64,000 nt of DNA from Candidatus Thorarchaeota archaeon (GTDB lineage: Archaea > Asgardarchaeota > Thorarchaeia > Thorarchaeales > Thorarchaeaceae), in NCBI GenBank assembly GCA_048882485.1, contig JBHLRP010000003.1, positions 64,001-128,000 on the forward strand, in the 5' to 3' direction. Both the position numbers and the translations under genes were made by a program. Below the pieces are notes generated by a model. It saw only the letters and a list, made by a program, of their open reading frames with translations, did no database searches and was not told where the DNA came from. This document shows positions 1 to 10,381 of the stretch, piece by piece (positions within the stretch are counted from its first letter, which is position 1; the number at the start of each line of letters is the position of its first letter).

Positions 1-162
1 CCTTGGACTATCCAGCGAATTCTTTCTAGGACTAAAATGAGGTTCTTTTCGGACCCTTATTTCATTTACTGGGAGGACTATGAGTGTCACTAGAAATAGA
101 GCTTTTTATTTCTCAGTAGTGACTTTGTCCTCAGCTAGATGTTCAAGAAATGAGGGGCAACA

Positions 163-933
163 ATGACCACCGAGTCAGATACAACAGAGAAAGCGGCAGA
201 TGAATCAGAAGAGGATACCAAAATTGCTCTCGGGCTGCAAGCTATGAAGCATGTAAGAGCCAGACGGTCAATTCGGCACTTCACAGGGCAACGAATCCCT
301 GATGACCACTTGGAGCTAGTACTGGAAGCAGCTCGTCATGCACCGAGTCCTGAGAATATGCTATCGATACGGCTTGTTGTAATTCGAGATGATCAGGAAA
401 TGAAGCAATTCCTAGCTGACATTGCTCAGGAGAACGCTCAGAAAGTCTTCGGTTCATCTCCTTTCGAACTCACAAGCGGACGGAATTGGTACGTGGCGGA
501 TGAATTCAGAGCAGCTATATATTCACGACTGCGTGAGGGCGAGTTATTCAGGTATCCTGAGAAGAGCGACGCTGTCATTATAGTCTGTGCCAGTGATGCT
601 TGGAATGACGCGACCAAGTTGTATCCCAACGAGCTCTTTGGCTCTGTTACAGCGGGTATGGCCGTCCAAAACATGTGGATGGTAGCAACCGCAATGGGCT
701 ATGGCTGTGGCTATGAAGCACTTGTCTGTTCGGATGCGCGACACACTCAGCTTATCCGTGACAGACTGGGAATTCCGCCTACCTGGTCGCCTCTTACCGC
801 ATTTTGCATTGGTGTGCCAATAGAATCGAGGCCACTTGGTCCAAGCAGGCCGCCTCTTGAGAGTTTACTGTATCATGAACGTTGGGGGTATCCATACCGG
901 AGATTGGCCTTCAGGAATAAGGAGGAGAAATGA
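163..933 (+). CDS. Nitroreductase family flavoprotein
   Basis: RRSIRHF FMN-binding motif, ARHAPS-x-EN, AVQNMWMVATAMGYG; 4-nt overlap with next gene. Confidence 0.85.
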   Translation: MTTESDTTEKAADESEEDTKIALGLQAMKHVRARRSIRHFTGQRIPDDHLELVLEAARHAPSPENMLSIRLVVIRDDQEMKQFLADIAQENAQKVFGSSPFELTSGRNWYVADEFRAAIYSRLREGELFRYPEKSDAVIIVCASDAWNDATKLYPNELFGSVTAGMAVQNMWMVATAMGYGCGYEALVCSDARHTQLIRDRLGIPPTWSPLTAFCIGVPIESRPLGPSRPPLESLLYHERWGYPYRRLAFRNKEEK

Positions 934-2063
934 AATTGAGTATAGAGAAAATTGCAGTAATCGGTGCTGGCTTGATGGGCTCAGGAATTGCATATGTTTC
1001 CGCAGCATCTGGGTATGAAGTGACGATGATGGACGTAAACGATGAGGCTGTCGGAAAAGGACTGGATAGGTTGCGCTTCTATGTGGAATCAGGAGTCAAA
1101 AGAGGCAAATTAACGGACTCGGATGCTGAAGGCCTCCTTGGACGCGTGAAGACTTCGACAAGTGCAGAAGCTGCAGTAAGTGATGTTGACTTAGTCATCG
1201 AGGCTGTCTATGAGAACATGGATGTGAAAAAGGATCTATTCAAGAGAATGGATGCTGCTGCCGATCAACGCACAATTCTTGCATCCAACACATCATCCCT
1301 CAGTATAACTGAGCTTGGCAAAGTTACAGGAAGACCTGAGAAAGTGGTCGGGATGCATTACTTCTCTCCTGTCCCAGCGATGAAGCTGCTTGAGATTATT
1401 GTTGGAGAGCAAACAGGCGATGACACGATTAGCGCTGCAATGGCGGTGGGTGAGAAGCAAGGCAAAAACACGGTAAAGGCAAAGGATAGTCCCGGGTTCA
1501 TTGTCAATAGGATTAGAGCAAAACTTGGTAGAGAATGCATACTCACTTATGAGAGGGGCATTGCGACGCTTAGGGAAATCGATGCGGCTTTGAAGGAGGT
1601 GTATGGTGTACCGATGGGACCATTCGAGCTATCCGACTTTGTTGGTCTAGATGTTTCAATGGGTACTTCCACAACACTCTATCAGGAATTGGGTGATTGT
1701 TTCAAACCTCCTGACACTCTGAAACGCCTTGTAGAGGCTGGTACCCTCGGCAGAAAGACTGGTAGTGGCTTCTATGAATATAGGGAGGGCATGGAGTCTG
1801 AGCCCGAAGAACCAAAGGGTGTAGATCCCGAATGGCTCACTCTACGCATTATACTCCCATATCTGAGGGAGGCAATGATTGAGGTTGAAGAGGGGATTGC
1901 CACAAAGGAGGACATCAACAAAGCAATGATTCTTGGCACCAATTACAGAGAAGGTCCTTTCGATACAATCGAGCGTTTAGGACTTGACAAGATTCGCGAA
2001 GAGATGAAGAAGCTTCACAATGAGTTTGGCGATTGCTACAGTCTTCCTAGAATGCTTCAATGA
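930..2063 (+). CDS. 3-hydroxyacyl-CoA dehydrogenase (duplicated C-terminal domain)
   Basis: GAGLMGSGIA Rossmann motif, IEAVYE, ASNTSS, GMHYFSP, PMGPFELSDFVGLD, LGRKTG-x-GFY. Confidence 0.95.
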   Translation: MKLSIEKIAVIGAGLMGSGIAYVSAASGYEVTMMDVNDEAVGKGLDRLRFYVESGVKRGKLTDSDAEGLLGRVKTSTSAEAAVSDVDLVIEAVYENMDVKKDLFKRMDAAADQRTILASNTSSLSITELGKVTGRPEKVVGMHYFSPVPAMKLLEIIVGEQTGDDTISAAMAVGEKQGKNTVKAKDSPGFIVNRIRAKLGRECILTYERGIATLREIDAALKEVYGVPMGPFELSDFVGLDVSMGTSTTLYQELGDCFKPPDTLKRLVEAGTLGRKTGSGFYEYREGMESEPEEPKGVDPEWLTLRIILPYLREAMIEVEEGIATKEDINKAMILGTNYREGPFDTIERLGLDKIREEMKKLHNEFGDCYSLPRMLQ

Positions 2064-2872
2064 ATTCTCTGCGGAGGAATGATGAATTGTCTGATAATGA
2101 AGTTCTCTATGATACAGCGGACGCGGTTGCCATTATCACTGTGAATCGACCAGAGAAGTACAATGCACTGAATATGTCAGTCAAGAAGGCTCTCTATGAA
2201 CTGTTCAGACGCGCGGAAGATGACTCCTCTGTGAGAGCAGTGATTCTCACAGGCAGGGGTGAGAAAGCCTTCATTTCTGGTGCGGACATTAATGACTTCG
2301 TGGGCAAGGACTCAAAGACTATCAGACCTGTTGTTAACGCCAGTCGTGACATTTCCCGACTCATTGACTCGATGAGCAAACCAGTAATTGCAGGAGTGAA
2401 TGGCTACGCTCTCGGAGGAGGGTGTGAGCTTGCGATGGCATGTGACATCAGATACGCCTCGACAAACGCCAGATTCGGCCTTCCTGAGATTAAATTAGGG
2501 ACATTGCCAGGTAACGGTGGTACTGCGCGCCTTCCTAGAATCGTTGGCCTTGGAATCGCCAAGGAATTAGTTCTTACTGGAGAACTGATTCCGGCAGAAG
2601 AGGCATTTAGAATAGGACTAGTGAACAAGTTATTTGATTCAGTAGAAATGCTTAGGGAGCATACCAGAGATCTTGCCACAGCAATTGCGAGCAAACCCGG
2701 AGTAGCTGTGGGGCTCGCAAATCAGTCAATAGGCAACGCTTGGCAGATGCCACTCTCTGAACACTTGGCACATGAACTTGATGCTTTTTGTCAGACATTT
2801 GATACGCAAGATATCAGTGAGGGTGTCGCAGCATTTCTTGAGAAGCGTGAACCCAAGTTCAAACACAAATAG
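2060..2872 (+). CDS. Enoyl-CoA hydratase/crotonase
   Basis: NRPEKYNAL, AFISGADI, ALGGGCELAMACD, FGLPEIKLG, FLEKREPKF. Confidence 0.95.
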   Translation: MNSLRRNDELSDNEVLYDTADAVAIITVNRPEKYNALNMSVKKALYELFRRAEDDSSVRAVILTGRGEKAFISGADINDFVGKDSKTIRPVVNASRDISRLIDSMSKPVIAGVNGYALGGGCELAMACDIRYASTNARFGLPEIKLGTLPGNGGTARLPRIVGLGIAKELVLTGELIPAEEAFRIGLVNKLFDSVEMLREHTRDLATAIASKPGVAVGLANQSIGNAWQMPLSEHLAHELDAFCQTFDTQDISEGVAAFLEKREPKFKHK

Positions 2873-2900
2873 TGCAACGCAAATGAGCGAGTTCTCAAAA

Positions 2901-2937
2901 CATAGGAAGGGGATGGAGGCCAATCCATCCCGCTATG
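2901..2937. terminator. Hairpin between convergent genes (likely bidirectional terminator)
   Basis: GGGATGGA/TCCATCCC stem (2910-2931) flanked by CATAG/CTATG. Confidence 0.55.
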
Positions 2938-2940
2938 GAA

Positions 2941-3561
2941 TTACTCCTGGCCGACTGGTTCGTACCTGCGACCAAGGAATGCTACAATAAGTACTACCAG
3001 CACCAAGGCAAAGAGGCCTAGAGAACCTGCAGCCCATTCGTATGAATTCGTTGCATCCCAGATTATGTCAAGACCAACCTTGACACCTGCCATTATAGCG
3101 CCAAGCAGCAAGGATACAAGCATGAAGCGAGCTGTCATCTCCTTGACCTGTCCCATTTCACCGGCTTCCGTTATCTCTCCACTGAAGAAGACGAATATGA
3201 ATAGGAAAATGTAGGCAATGACAATCATAGCTCCCATGTCGAACAGATTCCTCTGGTAAAGTAGGCCCTCGTCAAGCAGCCCTAGAATGAGAATGGTTGC
3301 AATGGCCATGAGGAACACGAACATGTTGCTTACAAGTTTATCTTCCGGATGGACAAATCCTGTGCGTTCTGTGAATGTGTTTATAGCACTCGCAAGAATG
3401 ACAATTCCCAGTAGCACTGCGCCAACAATCCATGCATAGAATGGATATGCGGTACCAGTTTGACCAAGTCCCTCAAGCAGATACTTGAGGATAGCTGAAA
3501 AGGCAAGAATGGCAATGCCGATACCAGCCATAATGTTGCTTATGGTAGTAATTCTGACCAT
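2941..3561 (-). CDS. Hypothetical multi-pass membrane protein
   Basis: 206 aa, about 6 hydrophobic segments. Confidence 0.7.
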   Translation of the reverse strand: MVRITTISNIMAGIGIAILAFSAILKYLLEGLGQTGTAYPFYAWIVGAVLLGIVILASAINTFTERTGFVHPEDKLVSNMFVFLMAIATILILGLLDEGLLYQRNLFDMGAMIVIAYIFLFIFVFFSGEITEAGEMGQVKEMTARFMLVSLLLGAIMAGVKVGLDIIWDATNSYEWAAGSLGLFALVLVVLIVAFLGRRYEPVGQE

Positions 3562-3631
3562 TTTGAATCTCCCCGTTAGGAGTGACTAGCGCCAAGAGTA
3601 TGCTGTCTTCTAATTAACTCTTGCTCAATCG

Positions 3632-4849
3632 TTACTGGTCGGCGCTTTGAGCATCAACCCCATGTGCTTCTGGCATGAAGTAAGTACCAATGCAAGCAAC
3701 ACCAATCAGAGCTGCTACGAGAATTGCAAGACCCATTAGCCCGAATGTAGAGTAAGCGTAAGCACCAGTAGCCGGTCCGATGATCATTCCTGATCCAAAG
3801 AAGATGCTATACACGCCCATAGTGCTGCCTCTCGCCTCTTCATGTGAAACGTCAGTCAGGTATGCCATGGCAGCAGGCGGGAATGCACCTGCAATGAATC
3901 CGAACGCTGGCAATAGAGGCCATACTGACCAGAGATTGGCGATTCCACCCTCTCCAGCGCCACCGACTAGAAGATATGCAAGAACGCCAAAGCCAATCAA
4001 CCCGGTGACGATGAATGGCCTTCGTTTTCTTACACGGTCAGACAAATGTCCCATTATGATGATTCCAAGAACAAGTGATATAGCGAGCATTCCGAAGAGT
4101 ATCAGCATCTCTGTGTTAGACAATGAAAAATGCTCTTCTATGATTCTCTCGACATTGGCTATGAGAAGACCATATAGAGAGATGATTGGTACATAGACCG
4201 GGAGCATTAGCTGGATTCTTTTATCAGCGGCTACCATTCTTAGAAGTTCTGTCATCTTGGCTTCGGTCTGTACGACCTTGCGTGTTTCTTGTAATGTGAA
4301 ATAACCGATTACTCCACTTCCGCTAGCTGCTGCAGCTGCTACTAATAGAATCAGCATTGCTTGATAGCCAAACTGCAAGAGGATTATCCCAAGACCATAT
4401 CCTCCAGCAAGTCCCATGAGTGTTGAGAGGTCATAGTATCCCATGAGCCGCGCTCTGTTATCTTCAGCAGAGGCATCAGCAATCATTGAGAGAGATGTCG
4501 TCACTTGTGAGGCTGCACCAAGCCCGAAAATTGCTGCGAATGGCAACAGAACTGCCGCATTTGGAGCTATCGAGAATAGAAATGCAGCGGCTGCGGTTAT
4601 AAAGAGGCTAGCAATCAATATCGGTTTCCTTCCAATCTTGTCGCTGTATGATCCAAAGAAAGAAACGGTGGCTAATTCCGTTACAGGATATACGATGAGT
4701 ACCGCAGCAACCTCCCATTCTGTTAAGCCCCCCAAATATGATTGGCTCTGAATCACAGCAATGGTGACATAGAAAGATGCACGCATAATCATCGTTACCA
4801 GGTACAATGCAATCAAGGTCAGTCGATGTTCCGATGCTCTCAGGCCCAT
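3632..4849 (-). CDS. MFS transporter
   Basis: Motif A twice (GSYSDKIGRKP, GHLSDRVRKRRP); 12 TM segments. Confidence 0.9.
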   Translation of the reverse strand: MGLRASEHRLTLIALYLVTMIMRASFYVTIAVIQSQSYLGGLTEWEVAAVLIVYPVTELATVSFFGSYSDKIGRKPILIASLFITAAAAFLFSIAPNAAVLLPFAAIFGLGAASQVTTSLSMIADASAEDNRARLMGYYDLSTLMGLAGGYGLGIILLQFGYQAMLILLVAAAAASGSGVIGYFTLQETRKVVQTEAKMTELLRMVAADKRIQLMLPVYVPIISLYGLLIANVERIIEEHFSLSNTEMLILFGMLAISLVLGIIIMGHLSDRVRKRRPFIVTGLIGFGVLAYLLVGGAGEGGIANLWSVWPLLPAFGFIAGAFPPAAMAYLTDVSHEEARGSTMGVYSIFFGSGMIIGPATGAYAYSTFGLMGLAILVAALIGVACIGTYFMPEAHGVDAQSADQ

Positions 4850-4922
4850 GTTTGTGCCTCCGTCGATTCTTGCTGTTCTGACGACATCACCGTTATAAGC
4901 TAGCTAGTTGTGTACATCAACC

Positions 4923-5285
4923 ATGGGCGTCGGAAAAATCCCGGAGGAGCGAGGTTCACCAGAATTCGTCTTTCTCTCATTCTATAGACTCAAGACAATG
5001 AGTGATGAAGAGAAGACAGACTGGTTCAGAAGATGGGCCGATATCCGTAGCAAGCTTCCTCAAGGAATCAAGATAGTCACTGAGGCTGGTCATGCCTTTG
5101 GAACGGAGTATACTGGATTTACTGTATATGAAGGGCCAATCAACAAGTTCGAGGAGTTGATGTCCATCCTCAGGCGCCACACCACAGATGTTGTTGAAAA
5201 GACAAAGACCATTATTGGGACCAAGGGGCTGGCTTTGCCTACTGACAAATTCCAACGGATTTTGGAAAGTCGGCCAATTGACTGA
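4923..5285 (+). CDS. Small ferredoxin-like alpha/beta protein of unknown function (paralog of 58901..59197)
   Basis: F-x-FYR...W...P-x-IKI...HAFGTEYTGF...KTKTIIG pattern shared with the 98-aa ORF; ATG at 4923 chosen as start. Confidence 0.6.
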   Translation: MGVGKIPEERGSPEFVFLSFYRLKTMSDEEKTDWFRRWADIRSKLPQGIKIVTEAGHAFGTEYTGFTVYEGPINKFEELMSILRRHTTDVVEKTKTIIGTKGLALPTDKFQRILESRPID

Positions 5286-5328
5286 TCTTGGAAATCGGAG
5301 TGATTCTAGGAATATCTGGAGGCTCAAT

Positions 5329-7092
5329 ATGTCTTACACGATTTCGAGAAAGACTACTATCATCCTCATTGTGGCAGCAATTGCTGGTGCCACCCTGTTC
5401 TTTGTAGCTCCCGCTGAGATTCAGCCTGGCGATTATGATGTCCTTCTAATTGTTGATGCTCCTGATGATAGAATCGAATACTTGTTTAGTGTTTCATTTG
5501 TCACCGATGGTGACACCTCCGACTCCACCTATTTCGTGACAGGTGCTTATACGAACCTGTCAGTATCTGCAACCACACAGATCCCAATCGCACCTACGAG
5601 CAAGCTGTCCATAGTGGTTGAAGCTGAGGGCAGTCCAATAAATGCCCACATGATTCACCTGGTCTTGTCCAATAATGAGGGTTTCATTGAGATTGTGAGG
5701 TGTTCACGGCAGTCTGGTCAAGTATTCCATCTTGAATATCAACCACTTGTTCGATCGCAAAATGCTGTAATGATTCTGGGAGTTGTTGCGATACTATGGT
5801 TCACTGAGGGCATCAGTCTTGTAGCAACTTCTCTACTAATTCCTATCCTAATCGTTCTATCTGATATCCGTACACCTAGTGCTGCTCTTGCACCGTTCTT
5901 TGACCCAGCTGTTGCACTCATCTTTGGAGGTTTCTTGATAGGCAGAGCTCTGACGAAATATGAACTGGATAAGCGACTGGCTCTTCTTATCCTTTCAAAA
6001 GGAGAGGGTACGGGTTCGGGATTGCTCCTTACAGTCATGGGCATAACTGCTTTCCTATCTATGTGGATAAGCAACACCGCTTCAGCTGCAATCATGATTC
6101 CAATAGCACTCGCGGTTATCTCTCGAATTCGGAACATGGAAGTTCAAGAGAAATACGGGAAAGCGCTGGTCTTGGGAGTAGCATATTCTGCCACACTCGG
6201 CGGAGTAGCAAGTCTAGTAGGGTCTCCGCCAAATCCACTTGCAGCTACATACATCACGTCCTTTCTGGGCATTGAGTTCTCATTCATGAGCTGGCTGCCC
6301 TTTGGAGTGCCTGTTGTTCTCATCATGCTGCCGCTCATATGGCAATGGATACTATTCAGATTCAAAGTACCGAGAGCCATTGACGAGATTCGTGATTTGA
6401 AGGATGTTTCACTCAAGGAGTATCTCAAACTCGGCCCTCTGTCACTACAGCAAAAGCTAGTTGTTGCAGTTTTTGCCAGTGTTGTCATTCTATGGCTCAC
6501 AGAAACGATCCCCGACTTTGTGGCATCTTTCATTGGATGGGGCGGACATGGCATTCACAGTTCAATAGTTGCTCTAATAGGTGGTCTATCGCTGCTCATT
6601 CTTCGACTTTTGGATGAGAAGGATGTTTCATCTGAGATCAACTGGGGGTCATTGATGATATTGGGAAGCGGCATTGCGCTGGGGGGTGCTATGATTGATA
6701 CTGGCCTATCGACTTTTCTTGCTGGTCAGATGAGTGGCCTTCTGGTTTTGCCCCCGACACTGGTTATAGTCGTTATAGGCATCATACCAGTGCTTGTTAC
6801 AATGGTTGCATCAAACACTGGAGCGGCGGTGATTCTCATTCCAATAGCTATACCCTTAGCCACGGGATTGGGGATTGACCCAGTCTTGATCACAATGATC
6901 ATCGCAATCGCGGTGTCAATGGACTTCGCCCTTCCGACAGGAACTCCTCCGTCTACGATTGCATATAGTACTGGAAAGGTGGAGATGAGAGAGATGATAA
7001 CAACAGGTCTAGTGGTAGACTTGATGGCTGTTTTAATCATCACAATCCTAGTCGTGTGGCTCTGGGGAATATTGGGGCTTGTTATCCTCTGA
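5329..7092 (+). CDS. DASS/SLC13 family Na+-anion (di/tricarboxylate or sulfate) symporter
   Basis: LSMWISNTASAA, GSPPN, ASNTG, LPTGTPPS motifs; ATG at 5329 preceded by GGAGG. Confidence 0.9.
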   Translation: MSYTISRKTTIILIVAAIAGATLFFVAPAEIQPGDYDVLLIVDAPDDRIEYLFSVSFVTDGDTSDSTYFVTGAYTNLSVSATTQIPIAPTSKLSIVVEAEGSPINAHMIHLVLSNNEGFIEIVRCSRQSGQVFHLEYQPLVRSQNAVMILGVVAILWFTEGISLVATSLLIPILIVLSDIRTPSAALAPFFDPAVALIFGGFLIGRALTKYELDKRLALLILSKGEGTGSGLLLTVMGITAFLSMWISNTASAAIMIPIALAVISRIRNMEVQEKYGKALVLGVAYSATLGGVASLVGSPPNPLAATYITSFLGIEFSFMSWLPFGVPVVLIMLPLIWQWILFRFKVPRAIDEIRDLKDVSLKEYLKLGPLSLQQKLVVAVFASVVILWLTETIPDFVASFIGWGGHGIHSSIVALIGGLSLLILRLLDEKDVSSEINWGSLMILGSGIALGGAMIDTGLSTFLAGQMSGLLVLPPTLVIVVIGIIPVLVTMVASNTGAAVILIPIAIPLATGLGIDPVLITMIIAIAVSMDFALPTGTPPSTIAYSTGKVEMREMITTGLVVDLMAVLIITILVVWLWGILGLVIL

Positions 7093-7165
7093 ATGGTGGT
7101 ACAATTGGCAAATTCACGGCAGGTTTAAATCGAATGAACAGCCCAGCACCAATTCGTGACTAAGG

Positions 7166-7948
7166 ATGAATTGGTTGGCAAAAATAATCGCTGGAAATGC
7201 TGATGAGTACTCGAAGGCAAAGCTTGTCAAATATGGGATTGGAACTCATCCTGGCCCTCGAGCAAAGATTGCATTAAGCAAGGGTAGGATAACGTTCAAG
7301 GCTGATCTAGATTTTGAGAAAGTATTCACACGGGCGTACGTCAAGGGTGCACCAGAAGGGAATCATAAGATTAAAGGGATTGTGAGAAGCTACACTGATC
7401 GTACTGCAGAATTTGGCCAGATAATGATGCCTTTGTCTTGGAAAAGATCAAAGGGAAAACTGGCGAGCATATATAATGCCAAGCTAGATGAGGTGGCGCC
7501 TCTCGAGCATATTCGCGATTTAATTAATGTTGATGGACCTACAACTTTCTTCCTTGTATCATTGAATCCACGAGATGGCACAAAGCCATGGAAGGTTACG
7601 ACAAAGACTTCATTTCCGAAGGGAGGAGCTCCAGGAGAAGATGACGATGAGGAGGAAGGTTCGAAGGAGAAAGATCCTGTCTTCACTAAGGGGGCTCTAG
7701 CAAATACGCCGGAAATTCTGGATTATGTACTTGGGGAAGTCATACCCGATCTTAAAGATAAGGTAGGCCCTAATTGCAAGAAGTTATCGGTTGCCAATAC
7801 AATCGTCATTGAGGATATTATACCCCCAGATGATCCCAGTCTTTCTTTCGCTGAGAAGAGGAAGCTCGCAAAGAAACGTGGCAAGATAATACGAAAAATC
7901 ACTATCGATGATGAACAACATGCAAAGGAGGTCGACTTCTTTGTTTGA
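7166..7948 (+). CDS. Hypothetical Lys-rich protein with acidic loop
   Basis: 260-aa clean ORF, no recognised motif. Confidence 0.7.
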   Translation: MNWLAKIIAGNADEYSKAKLVKYGIGTHPGPRAKIALSKGRITFKADLDFEKVFTRAYVKGAPEGNHKIKGIVRSYTDRTAEFGQIMMPLSWKRSKGKLASIYNAKLDEVAPLEHIRDLINVDGPTTFFLVSLNPRDGTKPWKVTTKTSFPKGGAPGEDDDEEEGSKEKDPVFTKGALANTPEILDYVLGEVIPDLKDKVGPNCKKLSVANTIVIEDIIPPDDPSLSFAEKRKLAKKRGKIIRKITIDDEQHAKEVDFFV

Positions 7949-8020
7949 GCGATTGACCGTGACCTTTTTATTGCTACGCCCATCGGCGGAGGCGAACACG
8001 TCCAGAGAGAGGTCAGACTA

Positions 8021-8221
8021 ATGCTACAGACTGCACTATCAAACCTACTCATTGTTTCTCTGTTACTCATCTTTTTCGGAGTTTTCGCTTTCGGTTGGCT
8101 TGTTGTTCACGTAGAACATAGTCGACACCGCTCAACTGTGAAAATTGCACTTGCATTAATATTGGGCGCAGTTCTGATTGGATTTGGTCTTCATTTCTTT
8201 CTTATAGCCTCAGGGATCTAG
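8021..8221 (+). CDS. Small two-TM membrane protein
   Basis: 66 aa, two hydrophobic helices, GAGGT upstream of ATG. Confidence 0.65.
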   Translation: MLQTALSNLLIVSLLLIFFGVFAFGWLVVHVEHSRHRSTVKIALALILGAVLIGFGLHFFLIASGI

Positions 8222-8368
8222 TCTAGAAACAAGACATTCCGATACGTATGATTTGTTTCCTCATCGATGTTCTATTGGTCCACATAACACATATTTGGCC
8301 TCTTCTTGAGTTCTCACTGTTAGACCATCCACCTAACTAAGCAAATCGCCTGATAGAGGAGTTCTCAA

Positions 8369-9559
8369 TTGCTACAAGATCCCGATCTCGAGAAACTTGC
8401 AGTAGAATCTCGCCAGAGATTGGTTCAGGAGTTTGCTGAAACTCATGCGGATCTTCGTGAGCGGTCACGCAGAATCCCCACTAGCGAGGCTCATCAGCTC
8501 GCGGACAATCTGTCCTGTCCTTTTCAGATAGCCACTCTGGCCTACCTCATCGATATGGATGGTGTTTTGAGCGCAAGAGAAGCAGTAAATCTATTCTCAG
8601 CAGAACTCGAGCGCCTTGCATCTGTTGGCGAAGAGGTTCCCAACCTCCCTGGAAACGTCATGGAGTTTGCCCTTGCGGAAGGACGATGGATTGAGTATAT
8701 CTACGGCAAGTTCATCAGGGAAATGGAAGTGAAAGTTAGGGAGTTGGCAAATGCAGAGGGTTTCTTGGAAGAGGAATCACCTGCAGTTGAGAAAGCAGTT
8801 GCGCTCATATTGTCGCGTAGCAAGGTAGCTGAAATATTTGTCGCTCCTCTTGTGGAAGCATGGTTGAGTGAACACAAGAAGTCCACCAGTGAAGATATGT
8901 TGATGCTGGTAGGTCCCGCCCTCACAAAATGGAAAAAGAGCACGCTTAGGGGAAAACTGTCACATCTACAGAGACGTAGTCAAGCATTCTTCAGAAAGCT
9001 TAGTGTGATTCTCTCTTCAGACACTTCAGAGTCCGCCACAGTCGACCTCTGGACAAAAAGGCTGAATGAATTGGTTGAGGCATTAGGAAGGCCGCTTAAT
9101 CAGATGTCTATTAGTGCTGCTGCACATCTTTTGGTGCACATCGCGCCAAGAAAAATCGGGAGAGGTGACAAATCTCCGTATGTCGCTGTGAGTGCAGCAT
9201 CAACAAGGGGTAATAAAGCTGAACCGGACCTTAGCTCTCCGTTTGATTTCTTGGAACGCGATGTTCTTCTGGCAAAGAGGAGACCTGTTGAAGACAGGAA
9301 TCAATTCCTGAGGGATAGGATTGGACGCGTCCTCCGATTTCTGCAACACCAGGGAAACACTGTTTCCGAGGGAGTTGAGCATGCACTAAATGAACTCGAA
9401 GATCGATTGCACCTGAAAGCTGTTCCCATGGACGAACTCGTAGAAAAATGCCAGACGGAGCTCGCTAGTGTTTCGGTGGACATGCAGGAAGAAGTTGCTG
9501 TCAAGCAGTTACTCAACTACATCACTATTTACGCCTACGGAGAGATGCCACCATCATGA
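8369..9559 (+). CDS. Hypothetical alpha-helical protein
   Basis: 396-aa ORF, GAGGAG before TTG, ATGA overlap with next gene. Confidence 0.7.
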   Translation: MLQDPDLEKLAVESRQRLVQEFAETHADLRERSRRIPTSEAHQLADNLSCPFQIATLAYLIDMDGVLSAREAVNLFSAELERLASVGEEVPNLPGNVMEFALAEGRWIEYIYGKFIREMEVKVRELANAEGFLEEESPAVEKAVALILSRSKVAEIFVAPLVEAWLSEHKKSTSEDMLMLVGPALTKWKKSTLRGKLSHLQRRSQAFFRKLSVILSSDTSESATVDLWTKRLNELVEALGRPLNQMSISAAAHLLVHIAPRKIGRGDKSPYVAVSAASTRGNKAEPDLSSPFDFLERDVLLAKRRPVEDRNQFLRDRIGRVLRFLQHQGNTVSEGVEHALNELEDRLHLKAVPMDELVEKCQTELASVSVDMQEEVAVKQLLNYITIYAYGEMPPS

Positions 9560-10326
9560 CTAATGAGGCACTATACTGGCTTCTGGATATCGAAGCCTAT
9601 GACTTCAACATCGGGGTTTTAAAAGACACCGACTTGAAAGGAAAGGCTCTAATGGTTTCCCGTCAGCTATGGTCGGTTATTCGTGAGGACAAGGTTCTGT
9701 CCGTGTTGATAGGACCTGGCATTTTCAAAGGGACTGCAGTCAGTGGCAACATTCGTGTTGATGTCGTAGAGAAGCTTGCCGCACTCATTTTCGACCCAAC
9801 TCAGATGAGGTACGACGAACCCGTACCAACGGTCGATATCATCAATCCAGAGGTCATCGATCCTCTTGGTGCCAAGAAGCAAGAGGAGATAGTCACGATT
9901 ATACGCAAGCTTGTTGTTGAAAAAGGAAATGTCATGGCAGCAGACCCTCTTGCTAAAGTTAAGCAGAGAGGGAGCGTTCCTCAGATGGCACATTATGATG
10001 AAATGATACGAAAAATCGATGTTTCACACGTTTCTGGAGTACAAAGGGCAAGGTTCATCCTTGCAGGTACAAATAGCCCAATGTATAGACCCTTTGCAGA
10101 TTCCTTTCAGAAGCGAGGTTATATCCAAGCTGATCGTCTGAAGGTAATGGCAACACCATTTCTCAAGTTCAGTAGCTTTGTTGACATTGAGGTCATGTCT
10201 GATTGGATGATTGTCGAGAAAGCTGGAATTGATAGCAAGACAGGAATCGAAGCAATGAGAGATGAGTACGATGCAACCTTATTGCAGGTAAAAGAGAATG
10301 AGCAAGCGTTCATTTTCGAAGCGTGA
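9556..10326 (+). CDS. Hypothetical protein
   Basis: 256-aa ORF translationally coupled to the upstream gene. Confidence 0.7.
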   Translation: MTNEALYWLLDIEAYDFNIGVLKDTDLKGKALMVSRQLWSVIREDKVLSVLIGPGIFKGTAVSGNIRVDVVEKLAALIFDPTQMRYDEPVPTVDIINPEVIDPLGAKKQEEIVTIIRKLVVEKGNVMAADPLAKVKQRGSVPQMAHYDEMIRKIDVSHVSGVQRARFILAGTNSPMYRPFADSFQKRGYIQADRLKVMATPFLKFSSFVDIEVMSDWMIVEKAGIDSKTGIEAMRDEYDATLLQVKENEQAFIFEA

Positions 10327-10381
10327 TTGCACCGAAAGAGTCTTTGATGTATCGTCAGCCCATAGATTTGAGGACTCCTAA

